From Seison nebaliae (lineage: Eukaryota), in NCBI GenBank assembly GCA_023231475.1, contig JALJEE010002157.1:62001-103006 (forward strand): a stretch of DNA of 41,006 nt, in the 5' to 3' direction. Both the position numbers and the translations under genes were made by a program. Positions 11,667-24,051 of this stretch are shown piece by piece; the stretch's first letter is position 1, and each line of letters starts with the position of its first letter. Under the pieces are notes generated by a model. The model did not search any database. It saw only the letters and a program-made list of their open reading frames with translations, and was not told the DNA's origin.

Positions 11667-13617
11667 TCAAGTGATTACACAAGTAGATGTTCTAGTCACA
11701 TTTTCTTTTAATTCCACTTTCACATTCGTTTTAGGCTTAACATATTTCGGTGGTAATCGATCGTTAACTTTCTTCTTCGTATTCGGCGAACTTTTGAATG
11801 CTTTCATGTACACTTTCCGATTGAACATTCCCAATGATAAAGGAATTCTAATTAAATATTAATTATTTATTTTAAATATTTCAAATTTAAATTTGAACCT
11901 GCTAATTGGTCGTCGTATATTAACGTCGAAGAAACCGTAAACTGGTTTGTGGTCAGATGATACTATACATTTCGCACTCGAATATTTACAACATCTGATC
12001 GCATTCTTATGTTTGCTACAATAGAATATTCTATCCTGAGAAAAAGAAGAAAAATAAAATGATAAAAAAGTAAAATGATAAAAAATTGAACGGTAAATGC
12101 ATGACGGATGTAAGTTTGGGTTCCTATTTCAAATTTGTATGTCGGTTCGAAAGTGATATCTCCTTCACACATATCCTCATTAATACTAATCTTCTTCTTT
12201 GGATTATAATGATTAATTTCGTCATGATGAAGAAATCGATTAAATCGATTCTCTTCGCCGCTCATATTCTTCTTCAAATTGCCCGTTTGGGATTGACTTC
12301 TTGAATTGAAGTCTCCCATCCAAAACACACAATCGAATCTTTCATTTACTTCTATTCTCAGCAGTATATTAAGAAGAATTGAAATTGGGAAGAAAATAAA
12401 ACTTTTTGAGGTCATACTGTTTGATCGGATGGTGAATTTCTTCGGTAAATTTAAACTATTAAGAATTTCTATATAATTCTTCGATCGTTCTAACGATTTT
12501 GTATCACCAGCTAAAAGTTAATTAAAAACAATAATTTTAAAACATAAACATGATGAAATAATTAACCGATAAGATGCACATTAATGAATAGGAATGACGT
12601 TCCAAAAACATAGAAACAAACGGCTACAGCTCCTTTCGTTTTCAATTGTTTCACTGCACGAACACTAATTTGATCTTTCTCATAAGCTGAAGTATTAATT
12701 AATTATTATGATTTATCATCATTATTCAACTAACGAGAACAGTGCCATAATAGATGACGTTGAATGAAGATTCCTAGATATAAGACTCCCAAATTACTCT
12801 CCGCATAAAGAAGATATTCCGATCCAAGTATTTGTTGAATCGCCACAAATAATTTCGTCCTAAAAATAAAGAAATTTAAAAATTTTCATAGTCCATCACT
12901 TACCGTTGACTTGTCGATTCTTGAGTACCAATAGCGAACACAGAAGGCGGTCTTTCAAACTCCTGATCGAGAAATATATCTCTTAAATTTTCTGGTAGTT
13001 TCTGTTCGTACATTTACAAGAACTTACTGTATTCTATAAGAATAACCTCAATTCCAGCCATATTCCAAGTAACGACGAAAACGGTTAAACATCTATCAGG
13101 ACATAATGAATTGAATTCGTTGTTACGAACTGCAGATATTGACGATAGTGATCCTGATACCGAAGTAGATAATCGTTTACTAATAATTGAAAAAATTAAT
13201 TTTACTTAGTTCGCTTAAAGAACTCGAACTATTGTGATTTTAATGATGGTTGTTCATCTTTTGGTTTTTCGTTGTAATTACTTCTAAAATAATTTTGAAA
13301 ATGAAAAGGAAAACAAAAGAATCAAATTGTAACTTTTGTGATAATTTGGAAGGTGTGGAAGAAGAAGGTAACGAAGAAAAAGAACTGGATGAACGATGAG
13401 GAACATGAGAATTTATTTCTGGTGGTTCGTCCTCATCAAAATAATTATTCTCATCTAAATCAAAATTATCTTTGTTGATGAATTTTTTTGTGTCATTCGA
13501 CGAAAAACTATCAATTCTTGGCGTTGTTTTGTTCGATCGTAGACGATTAAGTAACGTGACTTTCTTTCGTCTATTCAATTGATCACTTGATGACGTTTCA
13601 TCGTAATTTCCATTCAT
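11667..13617 (-). CDS. INPP5E: Inositol polyphosphate 5-phosphatase E; 10 exons
   Basis: Spliced product has CPDRCLTVFVVTWNM, IGTQES, KTKGAVAVCFYVFGTSFLFINVHL, RFDCVFWMGDFNSR, FEPTYKF, DRIFY, SDHKPVYG, IPLSLGMFNRKVY (cf. the INPP5E FDRELY ciliary motif) and a C-terminal CaaX CVIT*. Confidence 0.9.
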
Positions 13618-13711
13618 GATGATTTTATAAATTTAATAATTGAGAGAGGAAACTTTTACAGAAAATTATCAATTTCATTTCTCTGATTTTGATAAGTAAT
13701 TGTTTTTACTC

Positions 13712-13725
13712 GTTTCCATAACAAC
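13712..13725. promoter_or_regulatory. RFX X-box upstream of INPP5E, in the 272-bp INPP5E/COG3 divergent promoter
   Basis: GTTTCCATAACAAC is a perfect match to GTHNYY-AT-RRNAAC, about 95 bp upstream of the start of a known ciliary gene. Confidence 0.65.
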
Positions 13726-13889
13726 TAAGAGATACATTAGAACTTATAATTTGAATTAATTTCGAAAAAAAATTAATTTTCCATAAACTGTGTAATTTGT
13801 TTAAATTTTATTTAAATAAATTTAATTATAAAAATTTATTCATTTAAATCGTCATTAAACACATCAATGATGAGAAGTGATAAGAGAAA

Positions 13890-16800
13890 ATGAAAAACAT
13901 TGAAAAACAAGAGTTATTAGATCGATTAGCATTTTGGGATTATCGTGATGGTGAGAAAGCGGTAACAGAATTGAGTGAGAAATCGAATTTATGTTTAGAA
14001 GAGTTACATGTAAATGAGAATCAAAATAAAAAGGTGACAGAAGTGGATGATTATGAGACGAAAAAACAGAAATTATTAAAAGTTGAAAAATGGAAGAAGG
14101 AATTGAAGGATTTGGAAGAGAAACGAAATGAATCATCATTTGATGAATTGAATGAATTGAAGAAGATCATGAAAGTTTTCAAATATTTCCTCAATCAACA
14201 TGAAATTTGTGTGGAGGAAGTTGAGAAGATGAAAATGACATTATCTCTCATTTGTGAGCACACGAACGATCTCTATAATTCATGTGAACATCTGATGGAT
14301 GAACAGAAGAAATTGATCATCAATTATAATCTCATTGATTCCAAATTGAAATATTTCGTCGCTGCCAACTACATAGAGAAATTGATCGATGGAATTAATG
14401 GACAAATTTTATTCAATAAAAAAAATCGTTTACATATTTTCACTTCACCTGCTGTCTGGTCGTTATTGTCGATGAAGGAGAATGAATTAAAGAATTTCGT
14501 TGAGCAACTTCGAATTCAATTCGATAACGAATTTAATATTATTCAAATAATTCTCGTTTTCGACATTTTACTCCGATTCTTCCCAAATCAGATCAATATC
14601 AAATCATCGAAACGTTTCAACGATTCAATGAAGAGTTCGTTGATTACTATTCTAGAAATGATCAAAGTTCAATTATTCAGTTATTTGGATACGTCGAAAG
14701 AAATTATTAAGAATAATATGAAATCATTAAATTCCTCATATAATACGAATGAAATGAACAATGATATCATTCCAACAGACGCCCATTTATTTATTTATTC
14801 GAAATTTTCCAATTCTTCCAAATCCATCAAAAATCTCATCCAAATGCTCCTCCGATTAACGGAAACAACATCTCCAAATTGTCTTAAGTTCAAAAAATTT
14901 TTTTAAAATTTCAAAAATTTTTTCATTTTCAAATCTCCTTTTTTTAAGTCATCAACATCGTAATGAAGAAGTACGACGATATGAAATGCCGTTAGAAACG
15001 AAAAAGATCATCTATGAGTATGTAGATGAATGTCAAATATTTTATTGTATGTGCAGGAAAGAGATTTTGGATTTGTTCGTTGAAAAACGGATTTCTTTCA
15101 TTCGAAATCGTAACAATGTAGACAATAGTACAGGATTGAATAATGAATTGTGTAATATCGTTAATATATTTCAAATTTCTTATTTTAATTCTCATTCATA
15201 ATTTAATTCTTTCTCTCATTTCAGTTCCGTTCGACGATAAATATTTTCATAAAATTCTATCAAGACGAATCGGAAATATTTCGAGAATTCTTCGGAGAAT
15301 TGAATTATGTTAGTGATCATCACGTATTGATATCGTCAGTGAATCATCAAACAAATCAATCATGGTCCTCATATTTATGGTTGACGATTGATATGTTCAA
15401 TTTGTATAAAGATCGATTATTCCAATATCTTCTAGCGAATCCATCGGATGATGGAAATGAAGAAATGATGATTCGAATGAGAATTATCGATACGAATCTT
15501 TTGATTTATTATTCGACTGCATTTTATGAAATTTTACGAGAAAAAATGATTCAACTTATTCATTTAGAATTAGTTACAGAAATATTTGATATTTGTGTAA
15601 TTTGTTTAAATAATTTGAAAGATTTGGATGAAATTGATCAAAAACGAATCGATCATTTCATCTATCAATTAATTCGCGATTTACAAGAACGTTTAATATT
15701 TCGAGCAGATATTTATATTCAAACGGAAATCGAAAATTATCAATGGTCATCATCCGACATCGATTATCCAAATAAATTAATGATGATTGAACAAATTCAA
15801 AATAATATTTCTCATCAATCATCAGAACCGTCAGCAGTGGATATGCATGGATTATGGTATCCGACGTTACGACGTTCACTTATTTGTTTATCGAAATTAT
15901 ATCGTTGTTTGAGTAAGAGTGTTTTTGAACAAATTGGTGAAGATGTCATCGAATCTTGTATGAGAAGTTTAGTAAATGCGAGTAAAGATATTGAACATAA
16001 TGGACAATATCCAAAAAAGGAATTGAACGAGAAAGAAATTGAAGAGAACTTGGAGAAAAGTCAAAATGGAGAAATTGCAACTAATCGAATTAATGGAGAT
16101 TTGGAGACAAAATTCTGTGAGAAATCATTTCGATTAATTCATTCTCGTTTATTTCTCATAAAACATTTATTAATTCTAAGAGAACAATTGGAACCGTTTA
16201 GTTCGGTGTCATTCCGTAAAGAAGAAATTCGTTTCGATTTTCAACATATGAAATCGATGGTGACGAAATATGTTAAAAATGAATCGCTTTCTGGTTATTG
16301 GGAATTGAGTAGACAAAATTCGTTGTTGAAACTTGTGTGGGATTCTGCTACCGATTATTCGTATCGTATCGAAGAAATGAACTCGAAAAATAATCTGGAT
16401 CAATTGATAAAAGAATCTTGTTTCGATTTAATCGATCTATTCTCTGAACAATTATTTGGAAATATCGAAAAATTCATTAAACTTTGTGAAAGATTCATAG
16501 AAAATAAATCGAATTGTTTAAGGAAAAGCGATTTCGGTCAAAGTGCTCATATTCTCTCAACAGTCATCCGTCCAACACTCAACAATTATCCTCTGATAAT
16601 CGAAGAAATTAAACGAATTCTACATCTCTACTTCTCATCGAACAATGCACCAATTCAACATTTCCTTATTCCCGAAAAGAATGAAGTTATTGAGATTCTC
16701 ATGAAAATGGTCATCAATCGAAATGAGAAATGTTGGAATAGATTGAGAGAGATCGTTCGAAAAGAATATTTGGAACAAGATATCCAAATCATTAAAATAC

Positions 16801-16918
16801 CATCAACTGAAGAAGTTAATTTCGATTATTCATTTTTCTTTCTTTTATTCCCATTTTTTAGATGTTTCTTTATTTCTCTGATGACTATCATCAACAACAA
16901 CTGAGAGAAGAATATTAA
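13890..16918 (+). CDS. COG3: Conserved oligomeric Golgi complex subunit 3 (Sec34); 4 exons
   Basis: Motifs LYNSCEHLMDEQKKL, KLKYF, DLQERLIFRA, DMHGLWYPTLRRSLICLSKLYRCL and FLIKHLLILREQ. Introns 14888-14948, 15160-15224 and 16815-16861 keep the frame; stop TAA ends at 16918. Confidence 0.92.
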
Positions 16919-18279
16919 TAAACAAAAAATTTATTCCCAATTCATTTGTCAATTACATTTGAAGGAAAAAATTAAAAAAAACTTTATTTATTATAATAAA
17001 TAATTTTAATTTATCGATAATTAATAATCCATTATCAATAATTATTAATCATTTCTTATGATCGATAGTTATTGATTATTTATCGTTTATTTAATCTTTC
17101 ATTTTTCTTAAATTTTAAATTGTTAATTTCTAATAAAATCTTAAGAAATGTTCATACAGACCATTAATTGGACGTTTTAGTATTGGGGGAAGAATATAAC
17201 ATTAATCTCCAAATTAATGTTAGTAAGAAAAGATGATAAATTTTCCATGTGATTAATAATATTCGTACGAAGTACAATGAGAGATGTGTGAGTAAACTTA
17301 TCCAAAGAAATTTACGATGAAGCGCGAAAAGAATGAATGAATGTTTTATTTGGAGAAAATGGAAATAATTAAGTACAAATATTAATAAGAAAACGGTAAG
17401 AAGTAGGGAAAGAATGGAAAAGGAAGAAAAACAACTGATTAGTTGCCTGATGAATGGAATCATATGATATTTAACAAAATGTTGAAATATTCGAATTCAC
17501 ATCAAAACTTTTGGAGAAGATAATAACGGAAATGATTCTCCGACTTCTCATTAATAGAAAAAAAATTAATGTCTCTAAATAAACTGAATGGTCGAAACCG
17601 ATTATCATCATGCGTCCAATATAAATATTCTGTAAACTTACTGGCTATTGGAGGACGAAGAAACGTCTAAAAAAACTAATAAAATCTTTTGAATAGAAAA
17701 TTGCAAATTAATTTTTTAGAAGCAAAATGAAATAATGAAATTCAAATAATTCTCCTCATTAACAATATGAAAAATTTCCATTGGAAATACCAGAAAAGTT
17801 TATGAAAATTTCTTATTGAAATTCTATTCAAATTTTCAATTTCTCTTAAATGTGTGGATAATATGAGAATATTTGATGTCATCAAATAAGTATGACGTAT
17901 GGATAAAAGATTGTCCATATCATAATTTTGAATAGTTTGGAATAAAATACTTTTATCTTTAGGAAGAAGAAGATGAGAATGGCATTGTTGTGGGATGGAG
18001 GAAAGAGGGAGAAAAGGAAGAATATTAACTTAATAATTTTTATTGAATATTAATAAATTGAAATGTGAAAAAGAAATGAATTTGTTAGATGATGTTGCTT
18101 CTCAAAAATAGTGAATAATATGAAGGATCTCGAAACGATGAAACGTGATCAATATTGTTGTTTATCGATGAAGAATATTGTTAACGAAAAAAAAAAAAAA
18201 AGAAAAAAGGAGAGACGAAGAAAAAGAAGGAAAAGGAGAGATATAAAAAATGATTTGAATCAAATCAATAATTGATCGA

Positions 18280-20703
18280 TCATTGAACTAATTGTTTTGG
18301 TGTGTGTAAATGGTTTTCATTTAGAACTTTCCTCGACGTATCTGATGAGGTGATTGACATTTGTGGTTGTTGTGACGTCGAATTGATGAGTGAAGTATTC
18401 TTGTCACTATTCGGATTCGTCGATTGATTATTGGGGGATGTGGTGGAGGAGAGTTGTGTATTATTGGGATCGATTGATGACGGTAATACGGCCCCATGAT
18501 CTCGTAATACTTGACTGACTTCTTTATGATATTGAGATGAAGCTAAGTCTAAGGCGGTGACTTCGCCTCCATCATCAGGAAGTTGCATAGTCTGATTAAT
18601 GTTGATATTTGGATTGGAACACAAAATCTTCGTCACATCCACATGTCCCATAATGGAGGCAATGTGAAGACATGAGATACCACTCTCTTCCGTTGCATTG
18701 ACATCTGCTCCTTTCCCAACTAAATATTTCACGATTTGAGTATGACCTTTAGCACAAGCACAAAATAATGGTGTACGACCACAAGTATCAGCAGAAGGAT
18801 CGCCTTGAATTCGATAATTGATATCAAATTCAAATTGTTCTACTAATAATTTCGTCAATTCTAACGATCCCGTTTCCGCCGTGATAATAAGAGCATTTAT
18901 TTTACAATTGAATAAATTGGTAGCGACAGCACGCGGATCAGCCATACAATCCAAAAGTGCATGGACAATTTCCACATTATTATGTTGACAAGCCGCTAAG
19001 AATGGAGTGAAGCCACGACTATTTGAATAATTTGTATCGTCTCTTTTCCCATAACGAAGAATACAATGAATAATTTCTGTGTAATTTTTAATACAAGCGA
19101 GTAATAAGGCAGAATGTCCCAATCCTTCTTGATCTGGTATATTCACTCCTTCCGGTTGTTGTCCTGGTTTTAATGGTAATGAATCCACATATTTCTTACA
19201 TGAGGGAACGAATGAAATATCAGCAATTTTCACTAAATATTCCACCATCTCCAAATTTCCTTCTTCTACTGCTACTAATAAAGGAGATGAGCCGGATAAA
19301 GTACAAATGTCGACTTGGGCACCATGCTCCACCAACTTCTGAGCACATTTCACATGATTCTTTTTCGCAGCTGCATATAACGGTGTTTGACCAGCTAATA
19401 ACGTTTCATTGGCCAATTTGCCATGTGGTGAAATGTTGGTGTCAGCATGACCATGATCAATTAATAATGTGACTAATGCTAAATTGCCACTTTCGGCAGC
19501 TAACAATAATGGTGAGACGCCAAACATATTTCTGATATTTGCATGAGCACCTTTCTTCAATAAATATTCTACAACATCTAATCGTTCTTTAAGTGCTGCC
19601 ATAAATATCGCTGTTTGTCCAGTTATTTTTAATTCATCTGATGCCGGTCCATATGGACAATAATTCAAATCAGCATTCTTCTCCACAAACGCTTTCACCA
19701 CATCAATATCGCCCACTTCACTCGCTAACAAGAATGGTGAAGAACCCAATTTAGTAATGGCATTCGGATCAGCTCCATGTTTCAATAACAATTTAACGGT
19801 GGATGATTGACGAGATTTCATGGCAGCATATAATGGTGTCCATCCGGCGATTCCACGATCTTCTGCCTCTTTTCCTTTCGGTGCCAATTCAGTATCGGCA
19901 TCATGTTCCAATAACAATTCCACAACACTATCATAACCTTTCTGAGAAGGAATCCATAAAACGGAAATTCCATAATGATTCCTCGCATTCGGATTCGCTC
20001 CTTTCACTAACAAATATTTCACAATACTCACATGACCCTCTTTAGCTGCACAAAACAACGGTGTCTGCCCACTCAAATTCATCGATAATGCCGTGTCGCC
20101 TTGTGGCGCCAATTCGAGATGAGCGCCATGATCAACTAACGCTTGGACACAACTACCGTATCCTTGTTCAGCTGCTAACATGAGAGCTGATATTCCTGAT
20201 TGATTCTGATGATTTGGATTGGCACGATTCTTCAACAGGATTTGGAGACATTGAGGATGATTATATTTAGTAGCTCCAATTAATGGTGTACTACCAGCAA
20301 TTTTAGCTTCTTCAGCTCGAATTCCAGTGGGAGCAACATGAACTTTAGCTCCTTTATTAATCAATTTCTCTAAAACGTCCGGCCATCCAACTTCCGCTAC
20401 CATCAATAACGGTGTAATTCCTGAATCACTTGGTTTGTTCACGTCGACATTATTCATTTCAATTAATTGTTCGACGAACACTTTATGTTTCTTTCCCGCC
20501 GCTATACTCAATGGCGTTAAATTATCAGCTTCTTTTAATCCCGTATTCAACAGATTCTTCAATTGAACCGGCGATTTTTTCAAACTATAAACTATTTCAT
20601 TCAATTTGCCCGTGTCGCCAGTACCAGCGGCCACGAATAATTGTTTCGTTATATCATCCAATTCCCATCCTTCCCCACCAGTCTTCGTCAATGTACAACC
20701 CAT
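18280..20703 (-). CDS. Ankyrin-repeat protein (~19 repeats) with N-terminal myristoylation/palmitoylation signal, single exon, 807 aa
   Basis: MGCTLTK N-terminus (Gly2, Cys3, Thr6), repeated G-x-[TS]-P-L...G-A-[DN] ankyrin consensus, and an S/T/N/Q-rich tail. Confidence 0.92.
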   Translation of the reverse strand: MGCTLTKTGGEGWELDDITKQLFVAAGTGDTGKLNEIVYSLKKSPVQLKNLLNTGLKEADNLTPLSIAAGKKHKVFVEQLIEMNNVDVNKPSDSGITPLLMVAEVGWPDVLEKLINKGAKVHVAPTGIRAEEAKIAGSTPLIGATKYNHPQCLQILLKNRANPNHQNQSGISALMLAAEQGYGSCVQALVDHGAHLELAPQGDTALSMNLSGQTPLFCAAKEGHVSIVKYLLVKGANPNARNHYGISVLWIPSQKGYDSVVELLLEHDADTELAPKGKEAEDRGIAGWTPLYAAMKSRQSSTVKLLLKHGADPNAITKLGSSPFLLASEVGDIDVVKAFVEKNADLNYCPYGPASDELKITGQTAIFMAALKERLDVVEYLLKKGAHANIRNMFGVSPLLLAAESGNLALVTLLIDHGHADTNISPHGKLANETLLAGQTPLYAAAKKNHVKCAQKLVEHGAQVDICTLSGSSPLLVAVEEGNLEMVEYLVKIADISFVPSCKKYVDSLPLKPGQQPEGVNIPDQEGLGHSALLLACIKNYTEIIHCILRYGKRDDTNYSNSRGFTPFLAACQHNNVEIVHALLDCMADPRAVATNLFNCKINALIITAETGSLELTKLLVEQFEFDINYRIQGDPSADTCGRTPLFCACAKGHTQIVKYLVGKGADVNATEESGISCLHIASIMGHVDVTKILCSNPNININQTMQLPDDGGEVTALDLASSQYHKEVSQVLRDHGAVLPSSIDPNNTQLSSTTSPNNQSTNPNSDKNTSLINSTSQQPQMSITSSDTSRKVLNENHLHTPKQLVQ

Positions 20704-22940
20704 TACTCGTTATTTCGATGTTCTTATTTTAATCTTTCAAATGATGATAAAAAGAATGAGAATGAGAATGAATGAAGGAAGAAGTGATTAACTTTTTTGA
20801 ATTTTTGGAGAAAGTGTTGGAGGAGGAAACTCTTATTAGTCGTGGAAGAAATAATAATTGTCAATAATCCGACGTATTCCAATCGAATTCGCTCATTGAA
20901 TTTGTTTGTGAGAAAGTTGGTAAAATTTTATTCTTCGTTCTGATTTCTGGCGAAGAACTTGTTAATTCTTACGATTACACAAATGGAGTTGAGATGAAGT
21001 TCTATTTCTTTCGATCTTTCCCCCTCTTTCTTTTTTTTTTCTTATTTGGTGAATGCTTCTCTTCTTCGTATGAAGTTTACCCACAACTTTATGTGGAATT
21101 ATCTCTCTACGGATTATTCAGTTGATTTGACAATCTTCACTCTATTCGAATGAGAATATTCGTTGTAGATTGGAAGTGAGTAGACATGTGAACAATCATT
21201 CAACTCTTTCATACACACACACCATCTCCCGCTATCAACTTCTCTTATTATTCAATTGTGTTCGTCTATGTAGTGCTCTCTCTCTCTTTTCTTCTCATTC
21301 ACTCACACAATAACTACCTCCTCTCGTCTATATATCTCTGACTGTTCTGTCCGTTCTCTATCTATGTATGTGTGGAGAAAATAGAAATAAAAAAATTTTT
21401 CTATAAAAAATAAATAATGATAATTTCTCTTCATTTACTCACGATCAGTTGGGCGGTGAGAAGCAGAAGAAAGTTAGTGGATATAAATATAAGCTGAGGG
21501 TTGGCTCGATGGATGGATGGATGGTTTGAATGAAAAAGAAAAATTATACTAAAAAATATTCATCCTAATATGTATTGTTACATTAATATTAAAATAATGA
21601 CTGTTCTTCTTTTTGACGATGGTAATGATGATGGAGAATGAGGAAGTGCCGAAACTTTTTAAATTTCCGTCTTCTATTTCTTCTAATAGTTTTTGAAAGA
21701 AAAAATTCTCTCATCGACCAATGACTCGATCCTAATCTATGATATCTTTATGAGAAAAGGTAGAAGAAATTTCATAATTATTCTTAATTATTGTTCGTAC
21801 CAATTTTTCATTTTTCTCTCTCGTCCCTCTAACACCATTTCAATCAAAATAGGAAATTTGATTCCGCTTTAAATTTTTCCATTCTTCCGCCTACTTTCTC
21901 TTCATCTGTCATTAGTCTTTGCTTTTCTTTCGTCCATCGGAAGAATGAAACTTTCAAATATATATATTTATCATTCCATCGCCATCACTACTCATACGTC
22001 AAAATGATAATATGTAAATTAGGAAGGAAATCTTTTATTTTCTTCTTGAAGACTTCTTCTTCTTCTTCTTCGTCGTCATAGTCGTCGTTAACGTGAAATA
22101 TTCTGGTGGATGTAACTAATCTTTCTTAATCATTTTTTTCTTTTTTTTTTTTGTGAGAGAGTTCAATTGGTAAATGATCTGGTTGAAAGAGGAGGGCAAG
22201 GGAAGATATGTGTTCGAATTCATTTTAATTAATCATTGATGCCAGATGATAGCGTAGGGAGAAGGAGAAGTTGATTTTGAGTAGAACTTAAAATATCATC
22301 TCATTGTGTATCATGAAAATGTTATCGATTTCAGGAAGTTTTGATGGAAATGGAATGAGATAGAAACAGATCCATTAAATTTTATCCGAATCGTTCCTTT
22401 CTCTTCCTGGAACGGTTCGTCTACTCTACTCGTACGTACACCACCACCACCATTACCAACAACAACAACAACAACCATACATATGGAAGAAATGTTGTGA
22501 TGGTCTTGAGCGATGGAAGGAAAGTAGTTCATTTCCTTCTCTCGTTTTTCCCATTAGAAAAATATCAGCAAACTTTCCTAAAGACACTTTCCACCTATAA
22601 GTGAAATTCATTATTATTATTAGCATAACATGAGTGAAATGTATAATATATATATATATCCACATCAATTCATTTCCAGCAATACGGCCGTGTGTTGATG
22701 CAGTCCTTCTATGCATCTAATAGAATAATTATTGTTTCTTCTTCTATTTATATGAAATGTTTCCTTGATAATAGTCCTTTAGTTTAGGAAGATAGTAAAC
22801 ATTAGCTATGTTCTGACTCATCACCATTCCGTCCAACCATCTCCTCTCCAATAAATAATTCCAATCTTATTTAATTGCCTCCTTCCACATCAATGAATTG
22901 TTAGATGGTACATTTTCATCATTTCAATCCTACACAACAA

Positions 22941-22972
22941 CTTCCTTCTTTCCTTCCTTCCTTCCTTCCTTC
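22941..22972. repeat. (CTTC)n microsatellite
   Basis: cttccttctttccttccttccttccttccttc. Confidence 0.8.
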
Positions 22973-24033
22973 TCACCAATATCATTCTCAGCTCATTTCT
23001 TATACTCACACACAACTAGTAGTAAATAATCACCATGTCATATCGACATACAATTCCTCTTAACAACCTACTTCTCAAGATCCAGTCCATAACTTAAATA
23101 CACATACACACATGATAATGATGAACACTGATTTATATTTGATTATACATCTGCTGTGCAACAAATGCTGCCAATTTAGTTTCCTTTCATCAATTATATG
23201 TTATATCATATATTTAGCCTTTTAAGAAATGTTTAAGGACAGAAAAATTGAGTCAACTCTCACAAATTAACTCACATCAGTCGAACACAAAAGGAAGAAG
23301 AACAATCATTTTCATTGCTCTTCTCCTTCACAATCAAACGAAGACGTTCCCGTATCATGCCCCAATCTCTCTCGACGCCTTTCGTGGCAATTTTCCTCCT
23401 TCCCCTCTCCTTAATCTCCTCATTAATTTCTTTTTTTATTTCTTTCAAATTTCTTCAAATTCCTTCAAATTTCAATGTTTAGCTTCAACTAAATTCAAGT
23501 CGTTTTTACATTCACTTCTCTTTTGGACGACTCTGTTGGACGACCATACAGAAAGTGATATCGGCCACAAGGAGATGATGATACATTGCAGATAAAGACC
23601 TGAAGAATACATTAATTAATTCTATTGGAATAAATTAGGAAGTAATTAATGAAATTCGTATGTAATTAATGGGAATGAATAAATTCTTCACTCACACCAT
23701 CCATCCATCCTTCCATTCACAACTGGAATGGCATGTTAATTCATTTTTTTTTCTAACATCCATTAAATGAAGGGAGACACAATTACTGACTTATTTCATA
23801 AGTCACTGACTGGAAAAGTAAACAAAAAAGTAAAGAATGTCAGTTAAAAATGAGAAGAATTTGATAAGAAAATATTCATAATAAATATCCTCTCCAAATT
23901 TGGTGTTTTAGAAAAACAGAAAAATTATTTATCTTTCTACTCCGTTTCATGTCATTACTCGATTATATTCTTCTTTTATTCATTACTCGAACTTCGAGCA
24001 AAACTTCCATAATTTGTCTTCCCTCCCGACAAT

Positions 24034-24051
24034 GAGAGAGAGAGAGAGAGA
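24034..24051. repeat. (GA)9 microsatellite / GAGA tract
   Basis: Perfect GA dinucleotide run. Confidence 0.85.

Noticed and set aside
17164..17463. Short hydrophobic ORFs (17164-17463, 3869-4238, 22311-22716, 23248-23595, 24804-25013, 37518-37763) and antisense ORFs inside real genes
   Set aside because: They have the F/I/L/S-rich composition expected from AT-rich non-coding or antisense DNA and show no motifs.
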